Below are positions 14,082 to 26,511 of a stretch of 64,000 bases of DNA, piece after piece (positions within the stretch are counted from its first letter, which is position 1; every line of letters starts with the position of its first letter). Below the pieces are notes generated by a model. The model did no database searches, was not told the origin of the DNA, and was given only the letters and a program-made list of their open reading frames with translations. The translations under genes were made by a program, and so were the position numbers. The stretch is from Mobula hypostoma (lineage: Eukaryota). The stretch covers positions 64,358,001 to 64,422,000 of the forward strand of contig NC_086097.1 in assembly GCF_963921235.1 (NCBI RefSeq), given 5' to 3'.

Positions 14082-15690
14082 CAGGTGTCCTCTGCTTTTC
14101 AAGCGTTCGCTTTACGAAACCTCACTGTTACGAAAGACCTACATTAGTTACCTATTTGTTTTTGCTAACAGAAGGTGTTTTCACTGTTATGAAAAAAGGC
14201 AGTGCGCACCCCGAGCAGCCGCTCCTCCCCCAGATTCGGAACTGCATTCTAGTTGGCGTTGCTTAAACACATGCCTGTGAGCATCTGGTTGCAAGATGAG
14301 TTCTAAGGTATCGGAAAAGCCTAAAAGAGCTCCTAAGGGTGTTACACTTAGCGTAAAACTAGACATAACTAAGCGTTTCAATCGTGGTAAACAAAGTAAG
14401 GACAAAGTGAGTTTGGCTTGTGGAAGTTGACGAAGATGATGTTGAAGAGGTTTTGGCATCCCATGACCAAGAACTGATAGATGAAGAGCTGATGCAACTG
14501 GAAGAGGAAAGGAAACAATCGAAACCAAATGCAGTAGCGAACGGACTGAAAGTGAAGTCGTCCAGGAACTGAATGTGAAGCAATTGCGTGAGATTTTTGC
14601 TGCAATGATAAAGTACGCCTTTAATTTTGAAAGGGTACGTAGATTTAGGGCATATTTGCAAGATGGTTTGAGTGCTTACAAAGATCTGTATGATAGAAAT
14701 ATGCGCGAGGCAAGCAGTCAAGCACACTGTCGTTTTTCAAGCCTTCCACATCAGCCACAGCAGATGACGAACCTCGACTTCGACATCAAGGCAGGCAGAC
14801 ATAGAAAAAGATGACCTGCCTGTCCTGATGGAAATAGATGACGATGAGATGACACCCCAGTGTCCCACCACCCCAACCCCCGGGCCGTAGACAGATTCGC
14901 GGAGAATGCAGCGGTAGCCGGGATGCACCCAGCACATCTTTAAGAAAAAACCGAATTAAACAAGCTAATTAATTAGGGGTCGCCCGGCACGTAAATGTTG
15001 GCCCAGATCAGAGCCGATTGCGTTGCCTCTGATCTGGGCTGACATTTATGTGCCAGGCAGCACCTAATTAATTAGCTTGTTTATTTCGGCTTCTTTCTTA
15101 AAGGTGTGCTGGTTGTGTCCCGGCCACCACTGTACCCCTGTATGCTTCGCGGATCGGGATCGATCGGCGGCCTGGAGGGTGGGGGCCACTGCACCACCTC
15201 AACCTCCGACGACTCAGCTTACCACACCATCATCAGTGTGCTCAGCGCTGTCTTCCCAATTCCAGTAAGTGATACTACACTGTACGTACATTATTTCTAC
15301 TTTATATAGGCTGTGTATTTTTATGTGTTATTTGGTATGATTTGGCAGCTTCATAGCTTAAAGGTTACTGGAGAGAGTGCTTTTGCCGAGAGCGCTTGTG
15401 CCGTGTTTCTGCCGAGAGCGCTTGCATGAGATTGGCTATGGAGAACAGTGCAGGCAATGATTGCAGAGAAGTATTTCTACTTTATATATTTATCATATCA
15501 TTCCTGCTTTTACTATATGTTACTATTATTTTAGGTTTTATGTGTGATTTGGCAGGTTATTTTTGGGTCTGCGAACACTCACAAATTTTTCCCATATAAA
15601 TAAATGGTAATTGCTTCTTCGCTTTACGACATTCTGGATTACGAACCGTTTCATAGGAACGCTCTACCTTCGGATGGCGGGGGAAACCTG
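14082..15690 (+). mobile_element. Internally deleted Tigger/pogo-type DNA transposon inserted in L1 ORF2
   Basis: TA TSD on both sides and imperfect TIRs CAGGTGTCCTCTGC / GCGGGGGAAACCTG. Remnant N-terminus MSSKVSEKPKRAPKGVTLSVKLDITKRF is joined to an acidic C-terminus EVDEDDVEEVLASHDQELIDEELMQLEEE; no DDE core seen. Confidence 0.85.
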
Positions 15691-18600
15691 TAATTGGAAA
15701 GATTTCACTCTTATGTAAACTAAGTTCATAACCAGAAAGTTGACTAAATTTATTAAGTGAAATCATTGAGGGCAAGGAGGTAGTCGGGTTTGATTTAAAA
15801 AGTAAAAGGCCGTCAGCATAAAGGGAAACTTTATGCTCAACACTTCAGTACAGCTACGAAACACAATGGCAAGTGGCTCTATAGCCAAATCGAAGGGTGA
15901 GGGACTTAAAGAGCAACCTTGACGAGTGCTGCATTTAGAGCTGAGAGTTGGTCAAAACAGAAGCGGTGGGTCATGAATATAGCAATTTAATCCATGTAGT
16001 AAAAACTTTGTCCAAAATCAAATTTTTCTAAAACCACAAAAAGGTAATTCCACTCGACGTCATCGAACGCTTTCTCCGCATCGAGAGAAATAACACATTC
16101 AGGAGTCTCAGTTGAGGGTGAATATAAGATATTAAATAAGCGGCAGATTTTTGATAAAACCAGTTTGATCTTCAGAAATAATAGAGGGTATAATGTTCTC
16201 TAATCTACGAGCCAAAACTTGAGCCAAAATTTTAACATCAACATTTAATAAAGAAATCGGCCTATACGAAGAACACTCTTTACCTTTTTTGGCTAAAAGA
16301 ATGACACGTGCCTCATTAAATGATGCAGGCAATTTACCATGCTTAAACAAATCAGATAGAACAAAAAATAATTGAGGGGAAAGCAGTGAAGAAAATGATT
16401 TATAAAATTTGGCAGAAAAGCCATCAGGTCCAGGAGATTTACCCGACTGTAATACAGAGATGGCAGATGATAATTCCTCTAATGATAATGCTTTATTGAG
16501 TTTTGCTTTAAAGTCAGGGGAGAGCGAAGGAATATTTAAAGTATTTAAAAAACGCTCAACCGAGATATTCTCATTTAAAGGTTCAGAAGTATAAAGTCGA
16601 GAATAATAGTTCTTAAATGTGTCATTGATATCAGAATGATTTGAAGTAATGTTCCAATTTCCCATTCCAATTTTTGTAATTTGTTTTTTAGCTTTAGAGC
16701 ATCTTAGTTGGTTAACTAAAAACTTATTGGACTTATCCCCAAGAATATAAAATCGGCTCTTACTTTCAAGAAGTTGGCGTTCAACCAGCTGAGTGGAGAT
16801 GAGGTCAAACTTAGTTTGAAGTTCTGCTCTCTTCTTATACAATTCAGGAGTTTTGGTCTGGGCATATAATTGGTCTGTTGCTTTGATTTGACCAATCAAG
16901 TCTAAACACTCTAAATAGATCTTTCTTTTCAGATTCACAGTATATGAAATTATTTGACCCCTCAAATATGCTTTCATGGCATCCCAGACAACCTGGGATG
17001 AGACTTCAGATGACATGTTAGTACTTAAAAAAAAGTTATCTGATCCTTCATAAATTTTACAAAATCATTATCCGACAACAAGGTCGGATTAAAACGTCAA
17101 TGTTTGTTCATTGGAGGAAAACCCAGGGAAATTTATGGACAGGGTAACTGGCGCACGATCTGAAATTGCTAAACTCTGATAGTCGCAAGAGCGAACAGAT
17201 AGGATCAGCTGATTATCCATTAAGAAATAATCAACTCTACTAAAAGTATGATGGACATGCGAATAAAAGGAGTAATCTCTCTCAGTAGGATGGAAAAAAA
17301 GCCACACATCAGAAATACCATAATTAGAAAGGAAAGAGTGAATAGATAAAGCAGATTTACTAGGGAGTCTAGGAACAGAAGAGGATTGATCCAATACTGC
17401 ATCTAACCAACAATTAAAATCACTACCCAATATGAGGAAATATAAACTCAAGTCAGGCAATAAAGAAACAAATGATCAAAAAATTCCACATCATCTGAAT
17501 TGGGAGCATAGAGGTTAGCCAAGACTACCCTATTATCATACAATTTCCCAGAGACAATAATAAAACGACCATTTGTATCCGAAATTTTGTTGTGAAGCTC
17601 AAAGGGAACATTCTGATTAATAAGGATTGAAACCCCCCCCCCCCCGGCTTTAGCCAGAAAAGCAGAATGGAAGCACTGTCCCACCCACCTAGACATAAGG
17701 TGAGAGTTATCAAAACTACGAATGTGTGTTTCTTTCAAGAAAGCAATGTCAGCTTTGAGCTGCTTGAGACGTGAAAACACCTTCCTTCTTTTAACAGGAT
17801 GGTTCAATCTCTTAACATTCCAGCTTATAAGATTCAATGGGCTAACCATTGTCATATAAAAAAAATATATAGGGTAGTAGGCATAAATATGGACAAACAT
17901 TCTAATAACAGCTCTGGGGCAAAAACATACAAGAAGAAAATCAGGACAAAAAAAATCCTGAATAACAAAGAATAACTAAGGGTTGTTTAAATAGTGCTGG
18001 CACTAGAAAACTCTCCCCCCGCCCTGATCCCAAAGCAAGAAAGCGACCAAAGAACAGCAGCAAGCTCTTCAGAAAAAAACTACCCCTAACCCCAACTTCC
18101 AGTTTCTAAATATCTTCATGAGCTCCGTTTAATTAACAGTTTGAAAAAAAACAGACAGCTTATGCATTTGGAATTAAAATCGTACTTAAAGAAAAAAAAG
18201 AAAACAGTACTATCAAAAAGTATTAAGCCAACTTGAAATAATAATCCAGATTACCATACCCATAAAAAAAGTGTTTAAAAAATTAAATTTAAAAAGAAAA
18301 CAGGAAAAAAAACAAAGAAAGAAAAGAAGTACCAATTGGCCTTTTAAATAATCAAATCGAGTTTGAAGGAGACACCATGGCAAGGAGACTTTCGATAAAT
18401 TTCTCAACTTCTTATAGCAGAGTTAAACCATTTTCAATAATTTAAAAATTAATTTAGGAGTCACTATAGCAAGGAGACTTCCAGTAAATTTCTGAACTTA
18501 TAGCAGTTAAAACATTTTCAGTAATTTAAAAATTAAATTTAAAAGGAAAACAAAAAATAAAAAAAAACCAAAGAGAGAAAAAAATAGTAATCGGTCATTT

Positions 18601-19565
18601 TAAATAATCAAATGGAAGTCGTAGCGGCAGGGAGACTTTTGATGAATTCCTGAGCTTCTGTAACAGAGTTGAATCATATCTTGTCCCTAGTACTAAGAGT
18701 TATTCGGAGATGGGCGGGGTAATGTAGCGAGGGCCTGAGTCCACGATTGTAAAACTCTTTCATTACACCTGTGTATTCGGCACGCAGCCTCAAAACTTGA
18801 GGAGCATAATCTTCAACAATACGAATGGGATGGCCCTTATAATGCAATTTTCCTCTCCGACGTGCTTCCATAATCAAAAGGTTTTTCACCTGATAGCGAT
18901 GAAAACAAAGTATACCTGGGCATGGCCAGGAGCCCAATTCAGGCTTAAACTGAAATACCTGTATACAGTGGGCTCTGTCTAAATCAGGTAAATTTGGAAG
19001 AGTATCTTTCCCAAAAATCTCACAAAGAGGAAACAAATTCAACAGGCGCTCCGCTTTCGATAGCCTCAGGCAGACCGAGGATTCGTAAATTATGCCTTCT
19101 GCTCCGACCTTTGAGATCAGCTATTTTTGATAATAACTTGGCGTTATTCTCACTCAAATTAGAACAAACGCTTCCAGCTGCTGAACACGACATTTTAAAT
19201 CTCCAGTTTCTAAGTCAAGATGAGAGAGACGAACGGTATGTTCCTCCACTTTGGAATTGATTTGATCCAATTTTGACTCCAATGAACTGAAGGAAGACTT
19301 AAATTCAGATATAATCTCTTGACGGTGTTAGTCCAGAATGGTGATAATGTCGGCAGGGGAGCCGGAGGCAGTCGCAGAGACTTTTTTCCTAGCTTTAGAG
19401 GGCTTGAAGGCCATTGTAGGACAGATGTATTCACAGGCAAGTAGGAGAACAAAACAAATTAGCAGTCTGGATTAGAAAAAGGAAGATAAAAAGTGTGGTG
19501 GTAAGAAATGAAACAGAGCAGCAGTTTTAAGTGATTAACTTATCGCCATCTTACTGGAAGTCCCC

Positions 19566-21486
19566 TGGGAAGCTTTTAAAAACCAACAAAAGGCAGCTTA
19601 AAAAAAGCTATAAGAAGGGAACAGATGAAATTTGAGGGCAAAGTAGCCGATATCAAGCAGGATACTAAAAGTTTTTTCAATTGCATAAAGAGTAAAAGGA
19701 AGGTGAGAGTTGATTTGACCACTGGAAAACAATGCTGGTGAGATAGTAATAGGGACAAAGAAATGGCAGATGAACTTAATGGGTACTTTGCATCATTCTT
19801 CACAGTGGAAGACACTAACAGTATGCCAGAGGTCTGTGAGTGTCAGGGAGCTGGAGCAAGCGTCATTGCTATTACAAAGGAAAAAGTGCCAGGTAAACTG
19901 AAAGGTCTTAAGAAAGACAAGTCACCTGGACCAGAAGGACTAGTTCCCAGAGTCCTGAGAGAGATTGCTGAAGAGATTTAACAGATGAATTGGCCATGAT
20001 CTCTCAAGAATCACTTGATTCTGGCATGGTCCTGGAAGACTGGAAGATTGCAAATGTCACTCTACTCTTTAAAAAGGGAGGAAGGCAATTATAAGCCAAT
20101 TAGCCTAACCGCAGCGGTTGGGAAAGTGTTGGAGTCTATTATTAAGGATGAGGTTTTAGGGTACTTGGTGACTAATGATAAACTAAGTCAAAGCCAGCAT
20201 GGTTTCTGTAAAGGGAAATCCTGCCTGACAAATCTGTTAAGAGTTCTTCAAGGAAGTAACAAGCAGGGTGAACAAAAGAGAGGCCGTGGATATCACTTAC
20301 TTGGATTTTCAGAAGGGATTTGATAAGGTGTCACACATGAGGCTGTAACAAGATAAAATCCTATGGTGTTACAGGAAAGATACTGGCATGGAGAGGAATG
20401 GCCGACAGGCAGGAGGCAGCAAGTGGGAATATAAAGGGGCCTTCTCTGCTTGGCTGCCAGTGACTAGTGGTAAGTATTGGGACCACTGCTTTTTACATTG
20501 TCATTGGACTGGATAATGGAATTGATGGCTTTGTAGCAAAATTTGCGGATAGTATGAAGAAAGGTGGAGGTGGTGCTGAGGAAGCAATCTGATTGCAGCC
20601 GGATTTAGACAAATTGGAAGAATGGGGGAAACAAGTGGCAGATGGAATAGTGTTAGGAAATGTACGATAATGCATCTTGGTGAAAGGAACAATAGTACAG
20701 ACTATTATCTAAATGGGGAGAAGGTTCAAACATCAGGGGTGCAGAGGGACTTGGGAGCTCTTGGGCAAGCATCCCAGAAAGTTAATTTCCAGGTTGTGCC
20801 TGTGGTTAAAAAAAAAGGCAAATGCAATGTTAGTATTAATTTCAAGGGGAATAGGATATAAAAGCAAGGAGATAATGCGGAGCCTTTATATAACACTAGC
20901 CAGGCCACACTTGGAGTATTGTCAACAGTCAGAACAGACGTGTTGTCTCAGAAACACATCTCAGAAAGGATGTGTTGTCATTTGAGAGTCCAGAGGAGGT
21001 TCACGAAGATGGTTCCGGGAATGAAGGGGTTAACATATGAGGAGCATTTGACAGCCTTGGGCCTGTACTCACTGGAATTTAGAAGAATGCAGGGGAAATC
21101 TCACTGAAACCTACCGAATATTGAAAGGACTAGATGGGATGGATGTGGACAGGATGTTTTCTATGGTGGGAGTATCCAGAATTAGAGGGCACTGCCTCAA
21201 AATTGAGGGATAACCTTTCAGAACAGAGAAAAGGAGGAACTTGTTTTAGCCAGAGCATAGTGAATCTGTGGAATGTTCTGCCACAGACTACAGTGGAGAC
21301 CAAATCCTTGGGTATAATTAAGGCAGAAGTTGATAGTTTCCTGATTGGTCAGGGCATCAAAGGATATGCCAAGAAGGCAGTGTATGGGGTTGAGTAGGAT
21401 CAGTGATCAGCCATGATGGAATAGTGGTGCAGACCTGATGGGCTGAATGGCCTAATTCTGCTCTTCTGTCATATGATCTTATGGTT
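19566..21486 (+). mobile_element. CR1 LINE, 3' piece (host of the L1)
   Basis: MADELNGYFASFFT, KSPGPEG, NYKPISLT, SQHGFCKGKSCLTNL, RPHLEYC, VQRRFTKM. CR1-type tail ending tatgatcttatggtt. Confidence 0.88.
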
Positions 21487-21859
21487 CACACGACAAAGCA
21501 AGACCACTGCTGGTATACCAAAAGAGATCATGGTCACAACCTTTGGCTGGAGGCAAGTCTGCAAATGGAACTTCACCTTCAGTCTATTATACAGGAGCAT
21601 TAAAATAAAAACTAACATTGTTATTTCTTTCTAAATCTCCAAATAGGGAATCATGATCCAATGCTAAGCACACTTTATATAGCTTCAGAGTTAAATTCCA
21701 CAGTATACTGCCGAAGAGCTCAGAAAATATTCAGGCTCCAGAACAGGTTTAGTAAGTTCTGACCTGTGAACCACTGAATAACAGTGATTCCTTCAGAGAC
21801 ATTTGCTATAGACAAGTTAATGCTGCTCATTGTTAAATAATAGCTCCTGATGCTGAGAC

Positions 21860-22090
21860 ACATCCTAGGATGCTCGGGACACATCAGTGATATAACCAGG
21901 GGTCATCGGGTGTTTTGGGTCTTTCAACATCAGACACACTCGCCCAGGCACCCAGCCAGTGTTGATCAGGTCCTGGCTTGTGTCCCAGCAGCATCTGGAA
22001 GCTCGCTCAGCAGCCTCCGTGATGGTCCTTTTCTTTGCAGCTCCCAGAATGTCAAGGAGAATAGGTTCTGCACAGCGAGCGGTTAGCAAC
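21860..22090 (-). mobile_element. 3' fragment of a Hero/NeSL-like (restriction-like endonuclease) LINE
   Basis: Minus-strand peptide LLDILGAAKKRTITEAAERASRCCW resembles the Hero C-terminus (EAAE.ASRWLW). It is followed by a 3' UTR gtctgatgttgaaagacccaaaacacccgatgacccc. Confidence 0.6.
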
Positions 22091-22687
22091 ATTATACAAC
22101 AAAATAACTCCAATATAGATCAACCTCATGATATGACTGAGAAAATAGTTCCAACTGAAAAATAATGTTATAAATGTTAAAAATTGTGAACATTCATCTT
22201 TCAACAATATAGTCAATGTCAACAACATCTCCACTTCCAACATCGCTGTCAACACCATGACTACCTATCCCTGAATTTTCTTGCAGCGTGAGTGATATAC
22301 TTTCTCGAACCAGTCCAGTTTCTCTGGTGAATGTACTGACCCAATGCCATCAGCAGGAGTTCCAGGAGTTAAACCCAGTGACAAAGAAGCCATGGTTAGA
22401 GAAACGGAGTAAAACTTGCAGTCAATGACACTCCCACACCTGCTGATCTTGCAGAGGTTATGAGTTTCATCAAAGAATGGCTGATTTATTTAGATTCTCA
22501 CCTCACATAGATTTAATTCACACTTATGAGTAATTTCTACATTCTCTCATGGAATTTAGTGACACCCTTTCATTTCTCCCACCATTTTCTGCTTATCGTT
22601 TCTTGTCACCATTTCTCTGTTGTCCAATCTTTACCCATCGTTAACAAATCAAGTCCAAGTGTAGTTTGTCATTCAACCGTACATATG

Positions 22688-22857
22688 CAGACATCCCACC
22701 CTGCAAAAACTCATTTCAGGGAGGTAGCACCGCCACCCCCACAACCCCATATCCCGCCCCCCACACCAGTCGACCTCCAAGGGTGTGTATACAGGACATT
22801 TGATTATGAACGACCACAATTTATTTGATCACATATTGAGAAAAAATATATATACAC

Positions 22858-22907
<50 letters not shown>

Positions 22908-24011
22908 TCCTTGTTGAGTATTTTGTTGGCAGTGTCAATGTTAATAGCTACGTGCTAATGCAAATAGCTTTTCTATTTCTTTTGCAAACTTTCCTTGTAC
23001 TGTGATGTGGCTTGCTTAGCAGATTTGAGCATTTTGCCGTAAGTCTCAACCTCATAGCAATCTGTGTCAATGAATTTGTTAATTTTGCAAGACATCAGAT
23101 TCACAAGTGTTTTGTGAGACAGCTGACTTCTGAATTCTGCCTTAATGTGACGCACCACGCTGAATGCCCTTTCTGCATCACAATTAGAATTTGGCAGCAC
23201 CAAAAGCAGCTTCATCAACTGGCAGAGCTCTTCGAATCTTAAAGTTAGTTGAGACATAATCCAGGACTTCCAAGTGGAGCTGTTCTCTTGCATCTGCCTT
23301 CATCATATTTGGAAAGCTTTCTGCCAAAGTCAAGATGTTTTGAAAGCACCTGACATAGAATGCTCTGGCATCTTTGAAGAACTGCTTTGCCTTGTAAGGG
23401 GGGGATCTCTTGTGCTTCCTCGCTTAAGAACTGCCTCCTTGCCAGGTACCCAATAAAAAGCACTTCATCCGGGCGGTGAATTTCAGGGTTGCTCACATCT
23501 ATCTCCTGAATGTTCTGTTCTCTCAATACCTTTGGCTCAATAAATCTGCTTGCTATGTCATGCAGGAGCTCTTCTACACTCTGATCCAATTTGAAGAGGA
23601 TAGGTGCCTTGTTTTGAAAAATCAAATGGAATTTGTCGAAACATTGTGTGACATTATGTAGAAAGCATGTGTATATTTTCACTTGGGGGTCTTTCAGCCT
23701 CTTCTGAATATGAGATGACTTCTGATTCTCACTTTCTGAATGATGGACAATGAAAGAGAGAGAGAGGTCGACTGTAAAGCCAGCCTACAGAGAAAACTGA
23801 TTGGTCTCTCTTTGTGCTAAGTAGACCTATCAGGATGCTCTCTCTGCCACTCTCTTGCTACATCTGCCACTCGTTCATAATCTGTCAGTCTCTCTCTCCC
23901 TCTCAAAAAAAAAATCCATTTCCGGGATATTGTATATAATTTGTGGGCGTCAGGGAGCCGCTATCAATATGCGGGAGACTCCTGGAACTTCCAGGAGAGG
24001 TGGGATGTCTG
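22688..24011 (-). mobile_element. Internally deleted hAT-superfamily transposon
   Basis: Perfect TIR CAGACATCCCACC / GGTGGGATGTCTG flanked by CATATG on both sides. ORF 22973-23293 holds a hAT dimerisation motif (LLLVLPNSNCDAERAFS...RSQL). Confidence 0.85.
22866..22906. repeat. (CA)n microsatellite
   Basis: About 20 CA units. Confidence 0.95.
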
Positions 24012-25684
24012 CATATGTATACTGCCAAATGAAGCAACGTTCTTGTGGACCAAGGTGTACAACACAATACATATAACTCACGCACAAACACACACAGTAA
24101 TATTACTACAAGTAATAAATGATAAGGCACATTTATGACACGTTTAAAAAGTAAACAGTATAACGCTGCTGGCGTTTCATACGCGATGAGACCTGGGTGG
24201 GGGCAACAAGTTCAGTAGTCTTACAGACTGGCGGAAGCAGCTGTTTCACATCCCAACAGTTCTTGTCTTAATGTTACAGTACCTCCTGTCTGATGGTAGG
24301 GAGTCAAATTGTTTGATGGATGAGAGAGATCATTGACAATGCTAAGGGCCCTGCTTATGTAGAATTCCTGATAAGCATCTCTGATGGGTGGAAGAGAGAC
24401 GCCAATGATCCTCTCAGCAGTCATCCCCATCCCTTGTAGAGACCTGTGGTCAGACGCCTTACAACTCCTATACCAGATAGTGATGTAGCTAGGACACTCT
24501 CGATGGTGCTTCCCTAAAAATTGGTTAGAATGGGGGTGGGGGCGGTGTCACTTGCCTCAGTCTCCTTAGAAAGTAGAGACATTGCTGTGCTGTCTTGTCC
24601 AAAGAGGTGGTGTTGAAGGACCAGGTGAGATCATCCATTACGTGCACTCCCACAAACTTGGTCCACATCGTTGGGCTTGTCCACTTTGAGATAAGTTGTT
24701 GTGCCTGCGCCATTCTACCAGCCACTCTACCTCCCCTCTGTATGCTGTCTCATCATCGTTGTCGATGAGGCCAACCACTCTTGTGTCATCAGTGAATCTG
24801 ATGTTCCAGTTTGAACTGGATCTAGCAGGGCAGTCATGTGTCAGTAGCAGATGAGTACGCAGTTGTTGGGGTGCGGGGGACTGCCAGTGCTCAGCGTGAT
24901 GGAGCTAGAGATATTTCTGAAAACACAAACAGAGTGTGGCCTTTCTGTCAAGAAGTCCAAGATCCAGTTACAGAGAGGTGTTGAGACCCAATGACACCAG
25001 TTTACCAACCAGCTTGAGGGATGATCATATTAAACACCGAACTGAAGTCAATGAACAGCATCCTGGCATAGGAGGCACCATTTTCCAAGTAGGACTTGAC
25101 AGAGGAGTGCAAAAGCTATGGCATCATCAATGGACCAATGTGAGCGATAAGCTAACCAGAAAGGGTCCAATGTCGCAGGATTTAACGTGATCCATAACAA
25201 GGAGCTCAAAACACTTCATTATTGTTCAGGTCAGTGCCATTGAGGCAGATTACAGTTGCCTCTTGGGCACCGGGATGATGGTGGTTGCCTTAAAGCCTGC
25301 AGGGAGAATCAACTGTTCCACAGATGTTCAAGATATCAGTTAGATGCATCCGAATCCAACTTATCTCAAATCACTATACATAATACCATGGGAAACCAGA
25401 CAGATGTAGAATACAACTATGAACCATTTAACATGAAATCAACAAAATTAAGTTAGCATTTTCAGTACCTGAATGCCTATTTTAAGTTTTAACAAGAACA
25501 GAATGCAAAAAAAAAGTAGCACAACACTGAGAAATTTAAAAATGTAGACAGTATTCACCTTCTTATACCTGTTAGGAATGAATTGCATTTTGATATGCAT
25601 AAAAGCTGAGTGCCTCATGAAGTCGAATAAATAAATCCCTTCTGGAATAAAACATTAACACTTACAAGTTTCCAGCATTCTTAC

Positions 25685-25734
25685 CTCAAAAATAAAAAGA
25701 ATAGAGTCCAATTCTTCCCTCTGTGATTTATGAC
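25685..25734 (-). CDS. RALGAPA1: RALGAPA1 coding exon 3
   Basis: Acceptor tttcag, 50 nt, donor gtaaga. Reads (G)HKSQREELDSILFIFE, in phase with exon 2. Confidence 0.93.
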
Positions 25735-26511
25735 CTGAAACAACATCAAATACACCAGGTTACTTTGCAAAATATTTTGGTAGCTAGAATTTACTAGCTA
25801 CTAGACATTTATTCTGCACAGTTGGATGGTGCAATGTAAAACACTATAAATTATGGCACAATTCTTGGAGGATTTTGCCAACATATTGTGAGTGTTTGTA
25901 GTTTAAAATTCAAATGAAATCTGCAAATTGTTGCAAGAATGCCAATTTTGTTTGGGATATAGGGAGAACCAATTACAGTTTGGTTATAACCAAACGATAA
26001 AGTTATGATGAAAAGTTGTGTTTTGCAGTTGCACATTCATCATGAACTATTTGATCACTCACTCTTGACATCCAAGTCATGCCACCCTAGAAGTACTGTA
26101 GATCAACGTGCTACAAGCTTTCAATTTTTAATTCAGTAGAGTGTCCTAGCCCTGGTCAACAATGATGAGAAAGATGGATCTTACAACAGATTATCAACAC
26201 AAAACATCCACTTTTTAATTCACACTTGTTGTGTGCCCTGATGTGTACTTTTAGGATTTTTCTTTATGATTTCTGCTTCCAGAAGTTTGTTGCTTCTTAA
26301 TTTAGTGCCGTAAAGCAGTCATGTGAGAACTATTGCCATATCAAAAGAAAACTCTTAAAAGGATAAAATATTAGCTTGCTCACTGCAACATATTCCCTAG
26401 TAAGCTGTCATGGAAAGTTATAAAATTCAGATCAGATAGCTTGCTTTTATTTTCTTCAATGTATTTTAATTTAGGAGTGTGAAGTTCGTGAAAAAAAGAT
26501 AATTAATCCAT

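Larger units (their letters stand above)
11244..19565 (-). mobile_element. Full-length but inactivated L1-clade LINE
   Basis: 5' end GGGGACTTCCAGTAAGATGGCG. ORF1 remnant about 19414-18600 (DLKGRSRRHNLRILGLPE, IRIVEDY). ORF2 has APE (LISWNV...FLKETH, NLYAPN) and RT (KSPGPDGF, YRPISLLNVDVKILA, YAD) plus C-terminal CDKC...HMYW. A-rich tail. TSD TGGGAAGCT at 11235-11243 and 19566-19574. Confidence 0.92.
22645..25310 (-). mobile_element. Decayed Rex1/Babar-like LINE interrupted by a hAT element
   Basis: KFVGVHVMDDLTWS...QQCLYFLRRL and AERIIGVSLP on the minus strand. The 3' tail lies left of the hAT insertion. Confidence 0.75.
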
